64,000 nucleotides of DNA from Candidatus Nanoarchaeia archaeon. Lineage in GTDB: Archaea > Nanobdellota > Nanobdellia > Pacearchaeales > GW2011-AR1. The stretch lies in NCBI GenBank assembly GCA_041501125.1, contig JBGQNO010000003.1, positions 2,399-66,398 on the forward strand, read 5' to 3'. A program made the position numbers and the translations under genes. Shown here piece after piece: positions 8,758 through 18,432 of this stretch; positions within the stretch are counted from its first letter, which is position 1, and the number at the start of each line of letters is the position of its first letter. Below the pieces are notes generated by a model. It had not been told where the DNA came from, made no database searches, and saw nothing but the letters and a program-made list of their open reading frames with translations.

Positions 8758-10053
8758 ATGCTTGACATTAAACTTCTGCGAGAGAAACCCGAGCTTGTAA
8801 AGAAAAACTGCAAACATAGGCTTTATGATGAAAATCTTGTGGATGATATTGTTGGGCTTGATAAGATTTGGAGAGATTTGAAGGCAGAGGATGACCAGTT
8901 GCGAGCAGAGAGGAATAAGGTTTCTATACAAGTGAATGAGGCAAAAAAACAAAGGCAAAGCCCTGACAAATTGATTAAAAGAGCGCGGGAAATTGGCGAG
9001 AAACTTGAGAAGAATGAGCATGAAGAACGAGAAATGCGGCAGAAGATTGATGATTTGATGGCTATCTTGCCAAATATACAGAAAGATGATGTTCCAGTTG
9101 GAGATGCTTCCAAGAACAAGGTTGTTCATACAATAGGAAAGCCTGTAAAGCTTAAAGGTGCAAAGTCTCACATTGAACTTGGAGAGAAGTTTGATATAAT
9201 TGACATTAAACGCGCAGTGAAAATTGCAGGCGCTGGATTTTATATTCTAAAAGGCAAGGGTGCGCAATTACAAAGAGCGCTTGTGCAATTCATGCTTGAC
9301 TTTCACAACAAGAACGGATTTACAGAAATAAATCCGCCGCAGCTTGTCAATAAAAGAAGTGCTTTTGGCACTGGAAATTTGCCAAAGTTTGAAGAGCAGC
9401 TTTACAAGACAAATGATGAAATGCTGCTGGTGCCGACAGCAGAAGTTCCTGTAACAAATATTTATTCTGGAGAGAATCTTACTGAAAAAGAACTTCCGAA
9501 GAAGTTCTGCGCATTTACTGAATGCTATAGAACAGAGGCAGGAAGACATACTGGCGAGGAAGGATTATTCAGACTGCATCAGTTTGAAAAAGTTGAGATG
9601 GTTTACATCTGCAACCAAGAAAGTTCGTGGAAATATCTTGAGGAGATGACTGAATATGCAGAAAAAATTTTGAAAGAACTTGGAATTCCATTCAGAAGAG
9701 TTTTGCTTGCCACAGGAGATGCTGGATTTGCATCAGCAAAAACTTATGACTTAGAGGTATGGAGTCCTTCAATGAACAGATATATTGAGGCTTCTTCATG
9801 CTCGAATTGCACTGACTTTCAGGCAAGAAGAATGAATATAAAGTATCAAAGCAAGGATGGAATGAAATTTGTGCATACTCTAAATGGCTCGGGACTTGCT
9901 CTACCTAGGGTTGTGATTGCATTGCTTGAAAACAACCAGCAAAAAGATGGCAGCATCAAAATACCAAAATGCTTATGGAAATATACTGGATTCAAGTCAA
10001 TTGAGCCTGCAAAAATTTCAAAGCAAAAGATTAAAAAAGCGAAAAAGAAGTAA
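8758..10053 (+). CDS. serS: Seryl-tRNA synthetase
   Basis: N-terminal MLDIKLLREKPELV coiled-coil arm, class II motif 2 region YRTEAGRHTGEEGLFRLHQFEKVEM, motif 3 GSGLALPRVVIALLENNQ. Confidence 0.9.
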   Translation: MLDIKLLREKPELVKKNCKHRLYDENLVDDIVGLDKIWRDLKAEDDQLRAERNKVSIQVNEAKKQRQSPDKLIKRAREIGEKLEKNEHEEREMRQKIDDLMAILPNIQKDDVPVGDASKNKVVHTIGKPVKLKGAKSHIELGEKFDIIDIKRAVKIAGAGFYILKGKGAQLQRALVQFMLDFHNKNGFTEINPPQLVNKRSAFGTGNLPKFEEQLYKTNDEMLLVPTAEVPVTNIYSGENLTEKELPKKFCAFTECYRTEAGRHTGEEGLFRLHQFEKVEMVYICNQESSWKYLEEMTEYAEKILKELGIPFRRVLLATGDAGFASAKTYDLEVWSPSMNRYIEASSCSNCTDFQARRMNIKYQSKDGMKFVHTLNGSGLALPRVVIALLENNQQKDGSIKIPKCLWKYTGFKSIEPAKISKQKIKKAKKK

Positions 10054-10059
10054 AAACTA

Positions 10060-10728
10060 ATGGTTAAACACGTTGCGATAATTCTTGATGGCAATAGGAG
10101 ATATGCCAAAGCCCGCGGGCTTGCAGCTTGGAAAGGGCATGAGGAAGGTGCTAAAAATGTTGATAGGTTGATGGACTGGTGTCAAGAGCTCGGAATAAAA
10201 GAAATTACTTTATATGCATTATCAACTGAAAATTTGAAAAGAGATGCCAAGGAACTGAAATATCTGTTCAAACTGTTTAAAGAGTGGTTCAAGAAATTCA
10301 AGAAAGACAAAAGAATTCATGAAAACAAGATTAAGATGAGGTTTATTGGTGATTTGTCTCTTGTTCCGGAAGATGTTAGAAAACTTGCCAGTGAGATTGA
10401 ACAGGACACCAAGAATTATGAAAATTATATTATCAATTTTTGTTTTGCATATGGCGGCAGGCTTGAATTGCTTAATGCTTTCAATAAATTGAATGGCAAA
10501 AATGGAAAGATAACTGAAGAGGATGTTGCTGGTGCTTTGTGGCTGAAAGATGAGCCAGAGTTGATAATAAGAACTGGCGGAATGCAAAGAACAAGTAATT
10601 TTCTGCCGTGGCAAAGCGTTTACTCGGAGTGGATTTTCACCAAAAAGCTTTGGCCTGAGTTTTCCAAGGAAGATTTGCAAGAATGCCTGAAAGAGTTTGA
10701 TACAAGAAAAAGGAATTTCGGGAAATAA
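10060..10728 (+). CDS. uppS: Undecaprenyl-diphosphate synthase family cis-prenyltransferase
   Basis: HVAIILDGNRRYA and RTGGMQRTSNFLPWQSVYSEW signature motifs. Confidence 0.9.
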   Translation: MVKHVAIILDGNRRYAKARGLAAWKGHEEGAKNVDRLMDWCQELGIKEITLYALSTENLKRDAKELKYLFKLFKEWFKKFKKDKRIHENKIKMRFIGDLSLVPEDVRKLASEIEQDTKNYENYIINFCFAYGGRLELLNAFNKLNGKNGKITEEDVAGALWLKDEPELIIRTGGMQRTSNFLPWQSVYSEWIFTKKLWPEFSKEDLQECLKEFDTRKRNFGK

Positions 10729-11280
10729 TTAAATTATTATGATATTAGAGTTTCTTAAACTCTTTTCCCCTTCTCTTAATGCTTTTAACCTATCAATCAT
10801 AATTTCCTGTTCTGGAGTGTTGACATCATCTGCAAAACTGATTGCAAGTCCCACTCCTTTTTTCCAATCTGCTTTCCTTTTCTTCTCTAAATTCCGGACT
10901 CTTGTTAATAGGTTTCTTTGTCTGACTTCTATTATGATTTCGGTGTATGATTCTGAATACATCAATTCTTTTGATAATCTTCCTGATGCAACGTGATGGC
11001 ACATTCCACATGGCTTGCCCCATTGTTCTTCATAGAGCTTGAAAAATAAACCATCAATACAATACTCTCCCATGATTTTTTGAGGAATTATCATTTTTCT
11101 TGGCTTGTGCAAGCCTGTTTTAATAACATAATCTGTCAGAGCTTGGTCGCCAATTCTTTCAAGATTAATGGCAGCATGATAACCAAGCCATTGTCTTTTG
11201 CCTTCAAATCTGACAACCTGTTCATCAGAATAATCATCAAGATACCGACTTCTTGGAATTTTCACACTTGTTTTCGCCAT
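10729..11280 (-). CDS. Hypothetical protein
   Basis: Track ORF, 183 aa, no family recognised; stop abuts uppS stop (convergent, zero spacer). Confidence 0.35.
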   Translation of the reverse strand: MAKTSVKIPRSRYLDDYSDEQVVRFEGKRQWLGYHAAINLERIGDQALTDYVIKTGLHKPRKMIIPQKIMGEYCIDGLFFKLYEEQWGKPCGMCHHVASGRLSKELMYSESYTEIIIEVRQRNLLTRVRNLEKKRKADWKKGVGLAISFADDVNTPEQEIMIDRLKALREGEKSLRNSNIIII

Positions 11281-11329
11281 GTTTCCTTAAACACCAAAGC
11301 ATTTTTAAGTATTTAGGTAATAAATATAT

Positions 11330-11929
11330 ATGGATAAAAAACTCAAAATCCTCGCAGCAGGCGATATTCATGGAAGTTCCAGCCTGACGAAGAAACTTGC
11401 CTTGAAGGCTGAGAGAGAGCATGTAGACTTGGTTATATTATGCGGTGATATAACCTCTCCTCTGGAAACAAAAAATTTGCTTAAACCTTTTAAGGATAAA
11501 AACCAGAAAGTCCTGCTTATTCCTGGAAATCATGATTCTTTCGCGACAATTGATTTTCTGGCAGAGCTTTATGGCATGAAAAATATTCATGGATACTCTG
11601 TTAAGTACAAGGATGTTGGAATTTTTGGAGCGGGTGGTGCCACAGGCTTTGACACCTCAGATAAAGAATTGTTTGATACACTGAAGAAAGGGCACGATGC
11701 TCTTAAGGGAACTGAAAAGAAGATTATGGTTACACATATGCATGCAAAAGATACAAAATCAGAATTCTCAGGAATTCACGGAAGCCAGGGAATAAGGATG
11801 GCTGTTGAAAAGTTCAAGCCAGAATTTCTTATACACTCGCATATTCATGAGGCTTCTGGCCTGGAAGAAAGAATTGGAAAAACCAAAGTTATTAATGTCG
11901 GAAGCGATGGGATTATTTTAGAAGTTTAA
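11330..11929 (+). CDS. Calcineurin-like metallophosphoesterase
   Basis: ILAAGDIHGS, LVILCGDI, LLIPGNHDS, THMH, SHIHE metal-ligand motif series. Confidence 0.7.
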   Translation: MDKKLKILAAGDIHGSSSLTKKLALKAEREHVDLVILCGDITSPLETKNLLKPFKDKNQKVLLIPGNHDSFATIDFLAELYGMKNIHGYSVKYKDVGIFGAGGATGFDTSDKELFDTLKKGHDALKGTEKKIMVTHMHAKDTKSEFSGIHGSQGIRMAVEKFKPEFLIHSHIHEASGLEERIGKTKVINVGSDGIILEV

Positions 11930-11933
11930 ATTA

Positions 11934-12737
11934 TTACTTTTTCTCGCAGATATTCTTGTGCACAATCCTATTGCGTCCTTGTGCTTTTGCCTGATATAAG
12001 AAGTCATCTGCCATTTTTATCATCCTTTCTTCATCATAATTGTCGCAGAATGTAACCAAGCCGATGCTTACTGTCATATTCTGGGTTGGAATTTTTTCCT
12101 CGCCTGGGAACTTGCTTGTCTCTACCAGTTTCCTGATTCTTTCGCATACTTGCAGTGCATTGTTATGCCCGGTTTCAGGGAAGACTATTATGAATTCCTC
12201 TCCGCCGTATCTTCCTACAAAATCAATGTCTCTTGTGTTTTCTTTAAACACCTTGGCGACAGCTTTCAGGAGCCAGTCTCCTCTTAAATGTCCATTAGTA
12301 TCATTGTAAATCTTGAACCTGTCCAGGTCTAACATAGCGACACTAAGCGGATGATTGAATCTTCTGGCCCTGTCTGTTTCTTTTTTCAGCCATAATGTCA
12401 TTGCTTTTCTGTTGTACAGCTCTGTAAGTTCATCAATCAGAGCGTTTCTTTTTTCAAGATAATACCAGTTAAGAAGATAGTTTATCACTATTATTGCGCT
12501 GGCAAAGAAGATTGTAACTCCAATTGTTTCTGTTAATAAAGTTGAGGATATGTGTGAAAGACTTTCAAGAATGCTGGAAGCTCCTTGCTGCAGCATACTC
12601 ACAGCCTGTCTAATTATGGATACATTTGACTGGATTAATATGTAAGCATAGATTAACAGAGCAAGGATTACTAATGCAAAAAAGAACAGCAATACCTTAT
12701 ACCATCTTTTATACTTAAGCTGCAACGGCATATACAA
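11934..12737 (-). CDS. Membrane-anchored GGDEF-domain diguanylate cyclase
   Basis: Two N-terminal TM helices then LTELYNRKAM..VAMLDLDRFKIYNDTNGHLRGD..TRDIDFVGRYGGEEFIIVF..VSIGL; GGEEF active site and RxxD (RDID) exactly 5 residues upstream. Confidence 0.85.
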   Translation of the reverse strand: MYMPLQLKYKRWYKVLLFFFALVILALLIYAYILIQSNVSIIRQAVSMLQQGASSILESLSHISSTLLTETIGVTIFFASAIIVINYLLNWYYLEKRNALIDELTELYNRKAMTLWLKKETDRARRFNHPLSVAMLDLDRFKIYNDTNGHLRGDWLLKAVAKVFKENTRDIDFVGRYGGEEFIIVFPETGHNNALQVCERIRKLVETSKFPGEEKIPTQNMTVSIGLVTFCDNYDEERMIKMADDFLYQAKAQGRNRIVHKNICEKK

Positions 12738-12908
12738 TTAAATCCTCTGGGTTTTATAAATCTTTAATCCTAAAAAAATCTGCGACTTTTAGGTTACAGT
12801 TAATACTATGCATATTTTTTGGGAATCTCAAAACAGAAGGTTTTGTGATTTTGAAGCTAAGCGAATTATTTATAAAATGCGTGTCTCTAGCATTAGAGTC
12901 ATGTTAAA

Positions 12909-15206
12909 ATGAGAAGAAAGAAGCAAATTGGAGATATTCCGATAAATCCTGAGGATGTGAAGAGATTTGTGGAAGTGCCTGTTCATAATATTCCAAAGGA
13001 CAAGATTGTAACAATAGAGAGGCCAGCAGAGCCATTCAAGCCCGAGAATCCAGAAAAGCCAAAGAAAACAAGGAAGCCAAGGACAAGGAAGAAAAAAGAA
13101 AATCTTGAATCTGAATCTGAGACAAGAGAGATGAAGTCTGACAGGCCTGTTGAGAAGATTGAGAAGCACATAGCAGGCGAATATACTTTAATTCTGACAG
13201 AGAAACCACAGGCTGCTGCGAAAATTGCTGATGCGCTTGGAAAAGCCAAAAGACTTGGGGATACTGGTGTTCCGTATTATGAGGTCACAAGAGATGGTGA
13301 AAAGATAGTGGTGGCTGCAGCTGCAGGACATTTATTTACATTGTCACAGAAAACAAGAGGCCCTTTGCCTATTTTTGATTTGGAATGGGTTCCGAGTTAC
13401 GAGAAGAAAGCAGCATTCACAAAGAAATTTTACCAGACATTAGCAAGGCTTGGCAGAAGCGCAAAGAATTTTGTTGTAGCTACAGATTATGATATTGAGG
13501 GAGAGGTAATAGGATTGAACATAATAAGATATATTTTTCATCAGAAGGATGCAAAGCGAATGAAGTATTCTACACTGACTGCTCCTGAATTAAATTATGC
13601 TTACAGTCATCTGATGCCGACAATTGACTGGGGACAGGCGATTGCAGGCGAGACAAGACATTATTTGGACTGGATGTATGGAATAAATCTTTCTCGCGCG
13701 CTGATGGAAGCGATAAGGAAAACTGGAAGCTTTAAGATAATGTCAATCGGAAGAGTTCAAGGTCCTGCCTTAAGAATGGTGGTTGACAAGGAGCTTGAAA
13801 TCCAAAGTTTCAAATCCAGCGCATTTTGGCAGATTTATATTACAATACTTGGAACAAGACTGAAGTATCATAAAGACATTACCAATAAGCAGGAACTGAA
13901 GAAGTTTGAGGGCTTAAAAGGCAAAACTGCAAGTGTAAAAACAGATACTAAAGAAGAGAGCATAATGCCCCCTGCTCCTTTTGATTTAACGACCTTGCAG
14001 ATTGAGGCATACAAACATTTTAAGATAAATCCAGCGCGGACATTGCAGATTTGCCAGCATCTTTATCTTTCTGGACTTATTTCTTATCCAAGAACAAGCA
14101 GCCAGAAAATTCCAGAGTCAATATCTCCTGGAAAAATACTCAATAAACTCGCTCAAGAGTTCAAATTTGTCGAGCTTGTAACAAGGAAAAAGCCTGTTGA
14201 AGGCAGCAAGTCAGACCCAGCACACCCTTCAATCTATCCTACTGGAGATATAGCGCGACTTGCTGGCGAGGAAAAGAATATTTACGAGCTGATTGTGAAA
14301 AGATTTGTTTCATGCTTCTGCAGCGATGCAAAAATTTCCAACAAGGTTATAACTGCTGAAGTTGAAGGATTAAAGTTTGTTGCGCGCGGCTTGGAAATCT
14401 TGGAAGAAGGATGGATGAAAGTTTATCCTGCACGCATGCAGGAAAAAATGCTAAAAGATATTAATGGAGATTATCCTATACAGAAAGTTGATGTTGAGGA
14501 AAAAGAGACTCAGCCACCGCATCGTTACACGCCGGCTTCACTTGTTTCAGAGCTGGCAAGAAGGAATCTTGGAACCAAGGCAACACGGGCTGCGATTGTT
14601 GAAACTCTTTATGAACGGGAGTATATTAAAGAGCAGTCAATCAAGGCGACTCCTCTTGGAATAAAGCTTATAGACACATTAAAAGTTTATTCTCCTGTCA
14701 TAATTGATGACAAGCTAACAAGAAGTTTTGAAAAAGAGATGGACAGCATAATTTCTGCAAAGAAAGATTTGGACAAGAAAGAGGCAAAGATAATTGATGA
14801 TGCCAAGACTACAATCACAAAAATAGTTGAGGATTTCAAGAAACATGAGACAAAGATTGGTGAGAAGCTTGCTGATATGATAAAAGAGCAGCGCGAGCAG
14901 ACTTACAAGGAGAACATACTGATGAAATGTCCGAAATGCCAAAAAGGTGATTTGAGAATGTTGTTCAATCGCGCATGGAGAAGATATTTTGTTGCGTGCT
15001 CAGGTTATCCTGAATGCAAAACAACTTTCAGCCTGCCGCCAAATGCGCTGATTAAAAAAACTGATAAAGTATGCGAACTGTGCGGATGGCCTATGATGAT
15101 GTCGCTCAAGAAAGGCAAGCGTCCGTGGATATTCTGCTTTAATCCTGCATGCAAAAGCAGGGCAGACAGAGAAGCAAAGAAACCGGTTGAAGGTTCTGAA
15201 GAGTGA
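12909..15206 (+). CDS. topA: Type IA DNA topoisomerase (TopA) with Lys-rich N-terminal extension and C-terminal zinc ribbons
   Basis: Toprim YTLILTEKPQAA and DYDIEGE, catalytic-Tyr region GLISYPRTSSQ, zinc ribbons CPKCQ..CSGYPEC and CELCG..CFNPAC. Alternative start Met75 at 13131 would remove the basic extension. Confidence 0.85.
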   Translation: MRRKKQIGDIPINPEDVKRFVEVPVHNIPKDKIVTIERPAEPFKPENPEKPKKTRKPRTRKKKENLESESETREMKSDRPVEKIEKHIAGEYTLILTEKPQAAAKIADALGKAKRLGDTGVPYYEVTRDGEKIVVAAAAGHLFTLSQKTRGPLPIFDLEWVPSYEKKAAFTKKFYQTLARLGRSAKNFVVATDYDIEGEVIGLNIIRYIFHQKDAKRMKYSTLTAPELNYAYSHLMPTIDWGQAIAGETRHYLDWMYGINLSRALMEAIRKTGSFKIMSIGRVQGPALRMVVDKELEIQSFKSSAFWQIYITILGTRLKYHKDITNKQELKKFEGLKGKTASVKTDTKEESIMPPAPFDLTTLQIEAYKHFKINPARTLQICQHLYLSGLISYPRTSSQKIPESISPGKILNKLAQEFKFVELVTRKKPVEGSKSDPAHPSIYPTGDIARLAGEEKNIYELIVKRFVSCFCSDAKISNKVITAEVEGLKFVARGLEILEEGWMKVYPARMQEKMLKDINGDYPIQKVDVEEKETQPPHRYTPASLVSELARRNLGTKATRAAIVETLYEREYIKEQSIKATPLGIKLIDTLKVYSPVIIDDKLTRSFEKEMDSIISAKKDLDKKEAKIIDDAKTTITKIVEDFKKHETKIGEKLADMIKEQREQTYKENILMKCPKCQKGDLRMLFNRAWRRYFVACSGYPECKTTFSLPPNALIKKTDKVCELCGWPMMMSLKKGKRPWIFCFNPACKSRADREAKKPVEGSEE

Positions 15207-15214
15207 ACAGAATA

Positions 15215-15943
15215 CTACCCGAACCATCCACTTTTATGTATTCCTGAGTTTGTTATATAGAAATTAAGCTCTTTTTCTTCGAGGCTGCGATGCTTTTTCA
15301 GAATTGCTTTGCGCTTACCTCTTTCGCTTTGCAACTCGATTAAACATTTGCTCCAGTACCTTAAGATATCTCCGCCAACCATATTAACTTCCTTGGTTTT
15401 GCCTGCCTGCATATCGTGGTCTGAAAGAAAACTGGAGTAAACCTGATTAGTAATAATGACTGGAATATCATGCTTTCTTGCTATCTCTGCAAGCATTCGC
15501 ATCTGCCTCGCGAGCCTTGAATTGATTTCATGCACCTTCTTGATGTCATCATGGCATTCTGCGAGTTCTAACCGATAGAGCATTGTCATGCCATCAACTA
15601 TAATCAGTGAGATTGATTTGTTTGCCTTAAGTTCTTTCAGAAGTTTGCCAAATGCATCCCACTGTTCTTGAAATGTTGTCGGCTTCATTAGCATAATGTT
15701 TTCCAATGCTTTTTTCCAGTCATCTGGAAGAATTTGTTTGAACCTGTCTATTGAAAATCCACCTTCTGTGTCTATGTAAATGACCTTGTTGCCTTTTTTT
15801 GCCTGGCTTGCTGTTACTAGAATGCAGAAATTTGTTTTTCCAGAACCTGCAGGGCCGTAAAGTGTTGTAATAATATCTTTTTCATAGCCGCCAAAAAGCC
15901 ACTTGTTTAAGTCGTAGCTTCCTGCAGAGATTTTTGTTTCCAT
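15215..15943 (-). CDS. radB: RadB/KaiC-like RecA-superfamily ATPase
   Basis: LFGGYEKDIITTLYGPAGSGKTNFC Walker A, LIIVDG Walker B, about 240 aa without a RadA N-terminal domain. Confidence 0.65.
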   Translation of the reverse strand: METKISAGSYDLNKWLFGGYEKDIITTLYGPAGSGKTNFCILVTASQAKKGNKVIYIDTEGGFSIDRFKQILPDDWKKALENIMLMKPTTFQEQWDAFGKLLKELKANKSISLIIVDGMTMLYRLELAECHDDIKKVHEINSRLARQMRMLAEIARKHDIPVIITNQVYSSFLSDHDMQAGKTKEVNMVGGDILRYWSKCLIELQSERGKRKAILKKHRSLEEKELNFYITNSGIHKSGWFG

Positions 15944-15995
15944 TATATTTTAAGGAAACAGAGGGTTATAAGAATTGTTGTAAATTAAAAGATAT

Positions 15996-16538
15996 TTACT
16001 CTGAGAAAATCTGGCACTGAAACTTGTAGAGCTTGAAATTCTTGTTCTGCCATGTGTCTCTTGGCAAACCTGCTTTATCACATAATGCCTCTAGAAATTC
16101 AATTCTTGACATTTTGTGCTCTGTAGCTACCTGCGGAAGAAGAAGTCCAGAGAAACCAAGATATTCACAAATTAATCCATCTTTTCCTATTTCAATGTCT
16201 TTTGCATTCTTTACAAGACTTGGCTGGGTGAGAATAGAAATTTCTATTTTTATTTTGCTGACTTCACCTTCTTTCAATGGAGAGAATCTTGGGTCTTCGA
16301 ATGCCGCTGATTTTGCTGCTTCACTTACAGCTTGAGAAATTGATTGTGTAGCATACGGAAAACCAATGCATCCTCTTAATCTACAATTTTCTGTCAAAGT
16401 AACGAAAACGCCTCTTGCCTGTTTGAATTGCCTGCCTTCTGGAGCCTCTGGCTTGATAGCTATAAATTTTGATTCAATGCTCTGGCGTGCAAGCTTCAAA
16501 AGTTTCTCGCCATCTGATTTTGTGTATTCAGCAATCAT
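15996..16538 (-). CDS. AMMECR1-domain protein (AmmeMemoRadiSam system protein A family)
   Basis: RGVFVTLTENCRLRGCIGFPYA and FEDPRFSPL motifs. Confidence 0.8.
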   Translation of the reverse strand: MIAEYTKSDGEKLLKLARQSIESKFIAIKPEAPEGRQFKQARGVFVTLTENCRLRGCIGFPYATQSISQAVSEAAKSAAFEDPRFSPLKEGEVSKIKIEISILTQPSLVKNAKDIEIGKDGLICEYLGFSGLLLPQVATEHKMSRIEFLEALCDKAGLPRDTWQNKNFKLYKFQCQIFSE

Positions 16539-16577
16539 AACTTATCAAATGAATACAGAATTAATAAAACTAACTGA

Positions 16578-16710
16578 GAGAATTACGGCTCGCTGATGCT
16601 CGCCTTCTTTGCTTGTACTGTTTTGTTATTAATATTAAAACGGTTTTACCCTGATGGGGGTAGGGGCAGCATGTTTTATAGAGTAGCAGTCATAGATTGT
16701 AGTAATTAAT
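16578..16710. repeat. Conserved intergenic element, copy B (two adjoining units)
   Basis: Unit 1 is GAGAATTA..CTGATG..TTTTGTTATTAAT (16578-16633). Unit 2 core is AAAACGGTTTTACCCTGATGGGGGTAGGGGCAGCAT (16637-16672), ending at ATTAAT 16705-16710. Confidence 0.65.
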
Positions 16711-16739
16711 AATATCTCTTATTAACAAATTCTAAAGAA

Positions 16740-17003
16740 TTACTTCGCTTTCTTAAACTCGCTTACAAGCTTATCAAGCTCTTTTTCTATTTTTTCTGAT
16801 GCATCAGCAATTGCTTTCTTGACAGTCTTGCCAGACGTCTTTACTTTTAAAACGAGGTTTTTGAAAGGATGCTCTCTTCTCCAGGCAACGAATTCAACAG
16901 CGCTGTCCTGGCTCAAGTAGACTCGAAGAATTTCGGCTATTGTCAAGTTGTCTATCTCGATTTCAGCCTCATTCTTTTCATCTTTAATGTACTTGAATTG
17001 CAT
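16740..17003 (-). CDS. rpoL: DNA-directed RNA polymerase subunit L (Rpo11)
   Basis: 87 aa; EIDNLTIAEILRVYL..VEFVAWRREHPF pattern typical of RpoL/Rpb11. Confidence 0.75.
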   Translation of the reverse strand: MQFKYIKDEKNEAEIEIDNLTIAEILRVYLSQDSAVEFVAWRREHPFKNLVLKVKTSGKTVKKAIADASEKIEKELDKLVSEFKKAK

Positions 17004-17156
17004 TTTAGAAAGAAATTTGGGATGTTTTTAAACCTTGCCCTTTTTTGAGCTGTTAAGTAAACGTCACCTAAATAGAAGATTTGTTTGGTTTTAGCTTCAA
17101 ACTAAACTAAAGTCATCAATACTTTTATAAGGAGTCTGGTATATTACATTACAAGT

Positions 17157-18419
17157 ATGAACAAAAACTTTTTGACTATCGGAATAGTATTGCTTATAGT
17201 TGCTGGTGTAATAGCTACAGCAGTATTGTTTCTTTTTCCTTATAAACCAAACCAACCTGCTCAAGCAAATGATACTGGTTCAACACAGCAAGGAATTCAA
17301 GAAGTAGTGAATGCCAATAACAAATTTGCATTCGAACTTTATTCTGAGTTAAACAAAGCTAGCGATAGTAATATTTTCTATTCCCCCTATAGCATTTCTT
17401 CTGCAATAGCAATGACTTATGAAGGTGCAAAAGGACAAACGGCAGATGAAATGAAATCTGTTTTTCATTTTCCAATAAGAGATATATTAAGGTCAAATTT
17501 TGCTGCAATTTATAATGATATTAACAAAGGAAATAGTGCTTATGAATTGAGAACAGGAAATGCATTGTGGGTTCAAGAAGATTATCCTTTCCTCCAAGAC
17601 TACACAAGTAGCGTGGAAAAATATTATGGTGGAAAGGCAGCAAATTTAGATTTTATCAAAGAAACAGAGAAATCAAGACAAACCATTAATAGTTTTATCG
17701 AAGAACAGACAAATAATAAAATTAAAGATTTAATTCCTTCTGGATTTCTAAATTCATTGACAAGATTAGTTCTTACAAATGCCATCTATTTTAAGGGAAC
17801 ATGGGAATGGGAATTTGATAAATCTGATACTCATGAACAAGATTTTAAAATTACTCCTACTAATGTTGTAAAAACTCCAATGATGTACTTTGACAATGAT
17901 AAAGCAAAATTCAATTACGCCGATGTGGATGGCCTTCAGATTTTAGAGCTTCCTTACAAAGGCGAAAAAATTTCAATGCTGATATTATTGCCAACAGAAA
18001 ATCTTGATGCCATAGAATCTTCTTTAACAGCAGAGAAACTAGAAGAATGGAAAAGCCAAATGAAAGAATTTAAATTAGATGCTATTTATTTGCCTAAATT
18101 TGAATTTGATGCCAAATATTTTATGAAAGATACTTTAAGTGCTATGGGAATGCCAATGGCATTTACATGGCCAGGTGCAAATTTTTCAGGTATGGATGGA
18201 ACTAATAATTTGTATATTAGCAGTGTAATTCACCAAGCTTTTATTAAAGTTGATGAAGAAGGTACAGAAGCAGCAGCCGCAGCCGCAATTGTGACGACTT
18301 TTGGTTCTGCTGGTCCTAGTAATATCTTTAGAGCAGACCACCCATTTATCTTCATAATTCAAGAAAAAGAAACAGGAAATATTTTGTTTTTAGGTAGAGT
18401 TATTGATCCTAGAGGATAA
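17157..18419 (+). CDS. Serpin with N-terminal membrane anchor
   Basis: NIFYSPYSISSAIAMTYEGAKGQTADEM, inhibitory-type hinge EEGTEAAAAAAIV, C-terminal ADHPFIFIIQE..ILFLGRV; N-terminal TM LTIGIVLLIVAGVIATAVLFLF. Confidence 0.85.
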   Translation: MNKNFLTIGIVLLIVAGVIATAVLFLFPYKPNQPAQANDTGSTQQGIQEVVNANNKFAFELYSELNKASDSNIFYSPYSISSAIAMTYEGAKGQTADEMKSVFHFPIRDILRSNFAAIYNDINKGNSAYELRTGNALWVQEDYPFLQDYTSSVEKYYGGKAANLDFIKETEKSRQTINSFIEEQTNNKIKDLIPSGFLNSLTRLVLTNAIYFKGTWEWEFDKSDTHEQDFKITPTNVVKTPMMYFDNDKAKFNYADVDGLQILELPYKGEKISMLILLPTENLDAIESSLTAEKLEEWKSQMKEFKLDAIYLPKFEFDAKYFMKDTLSAMGMPMAFTWPGANFSGMDGTNNLYISSVIHQAFIKVDEEGTEAAAAAAIVTTFGSAGPSNIFRADHPFIFIIQEKETGNILFLGRVIDPRG

Positions 18420-18432
18420 ACAGCCCACCCTT

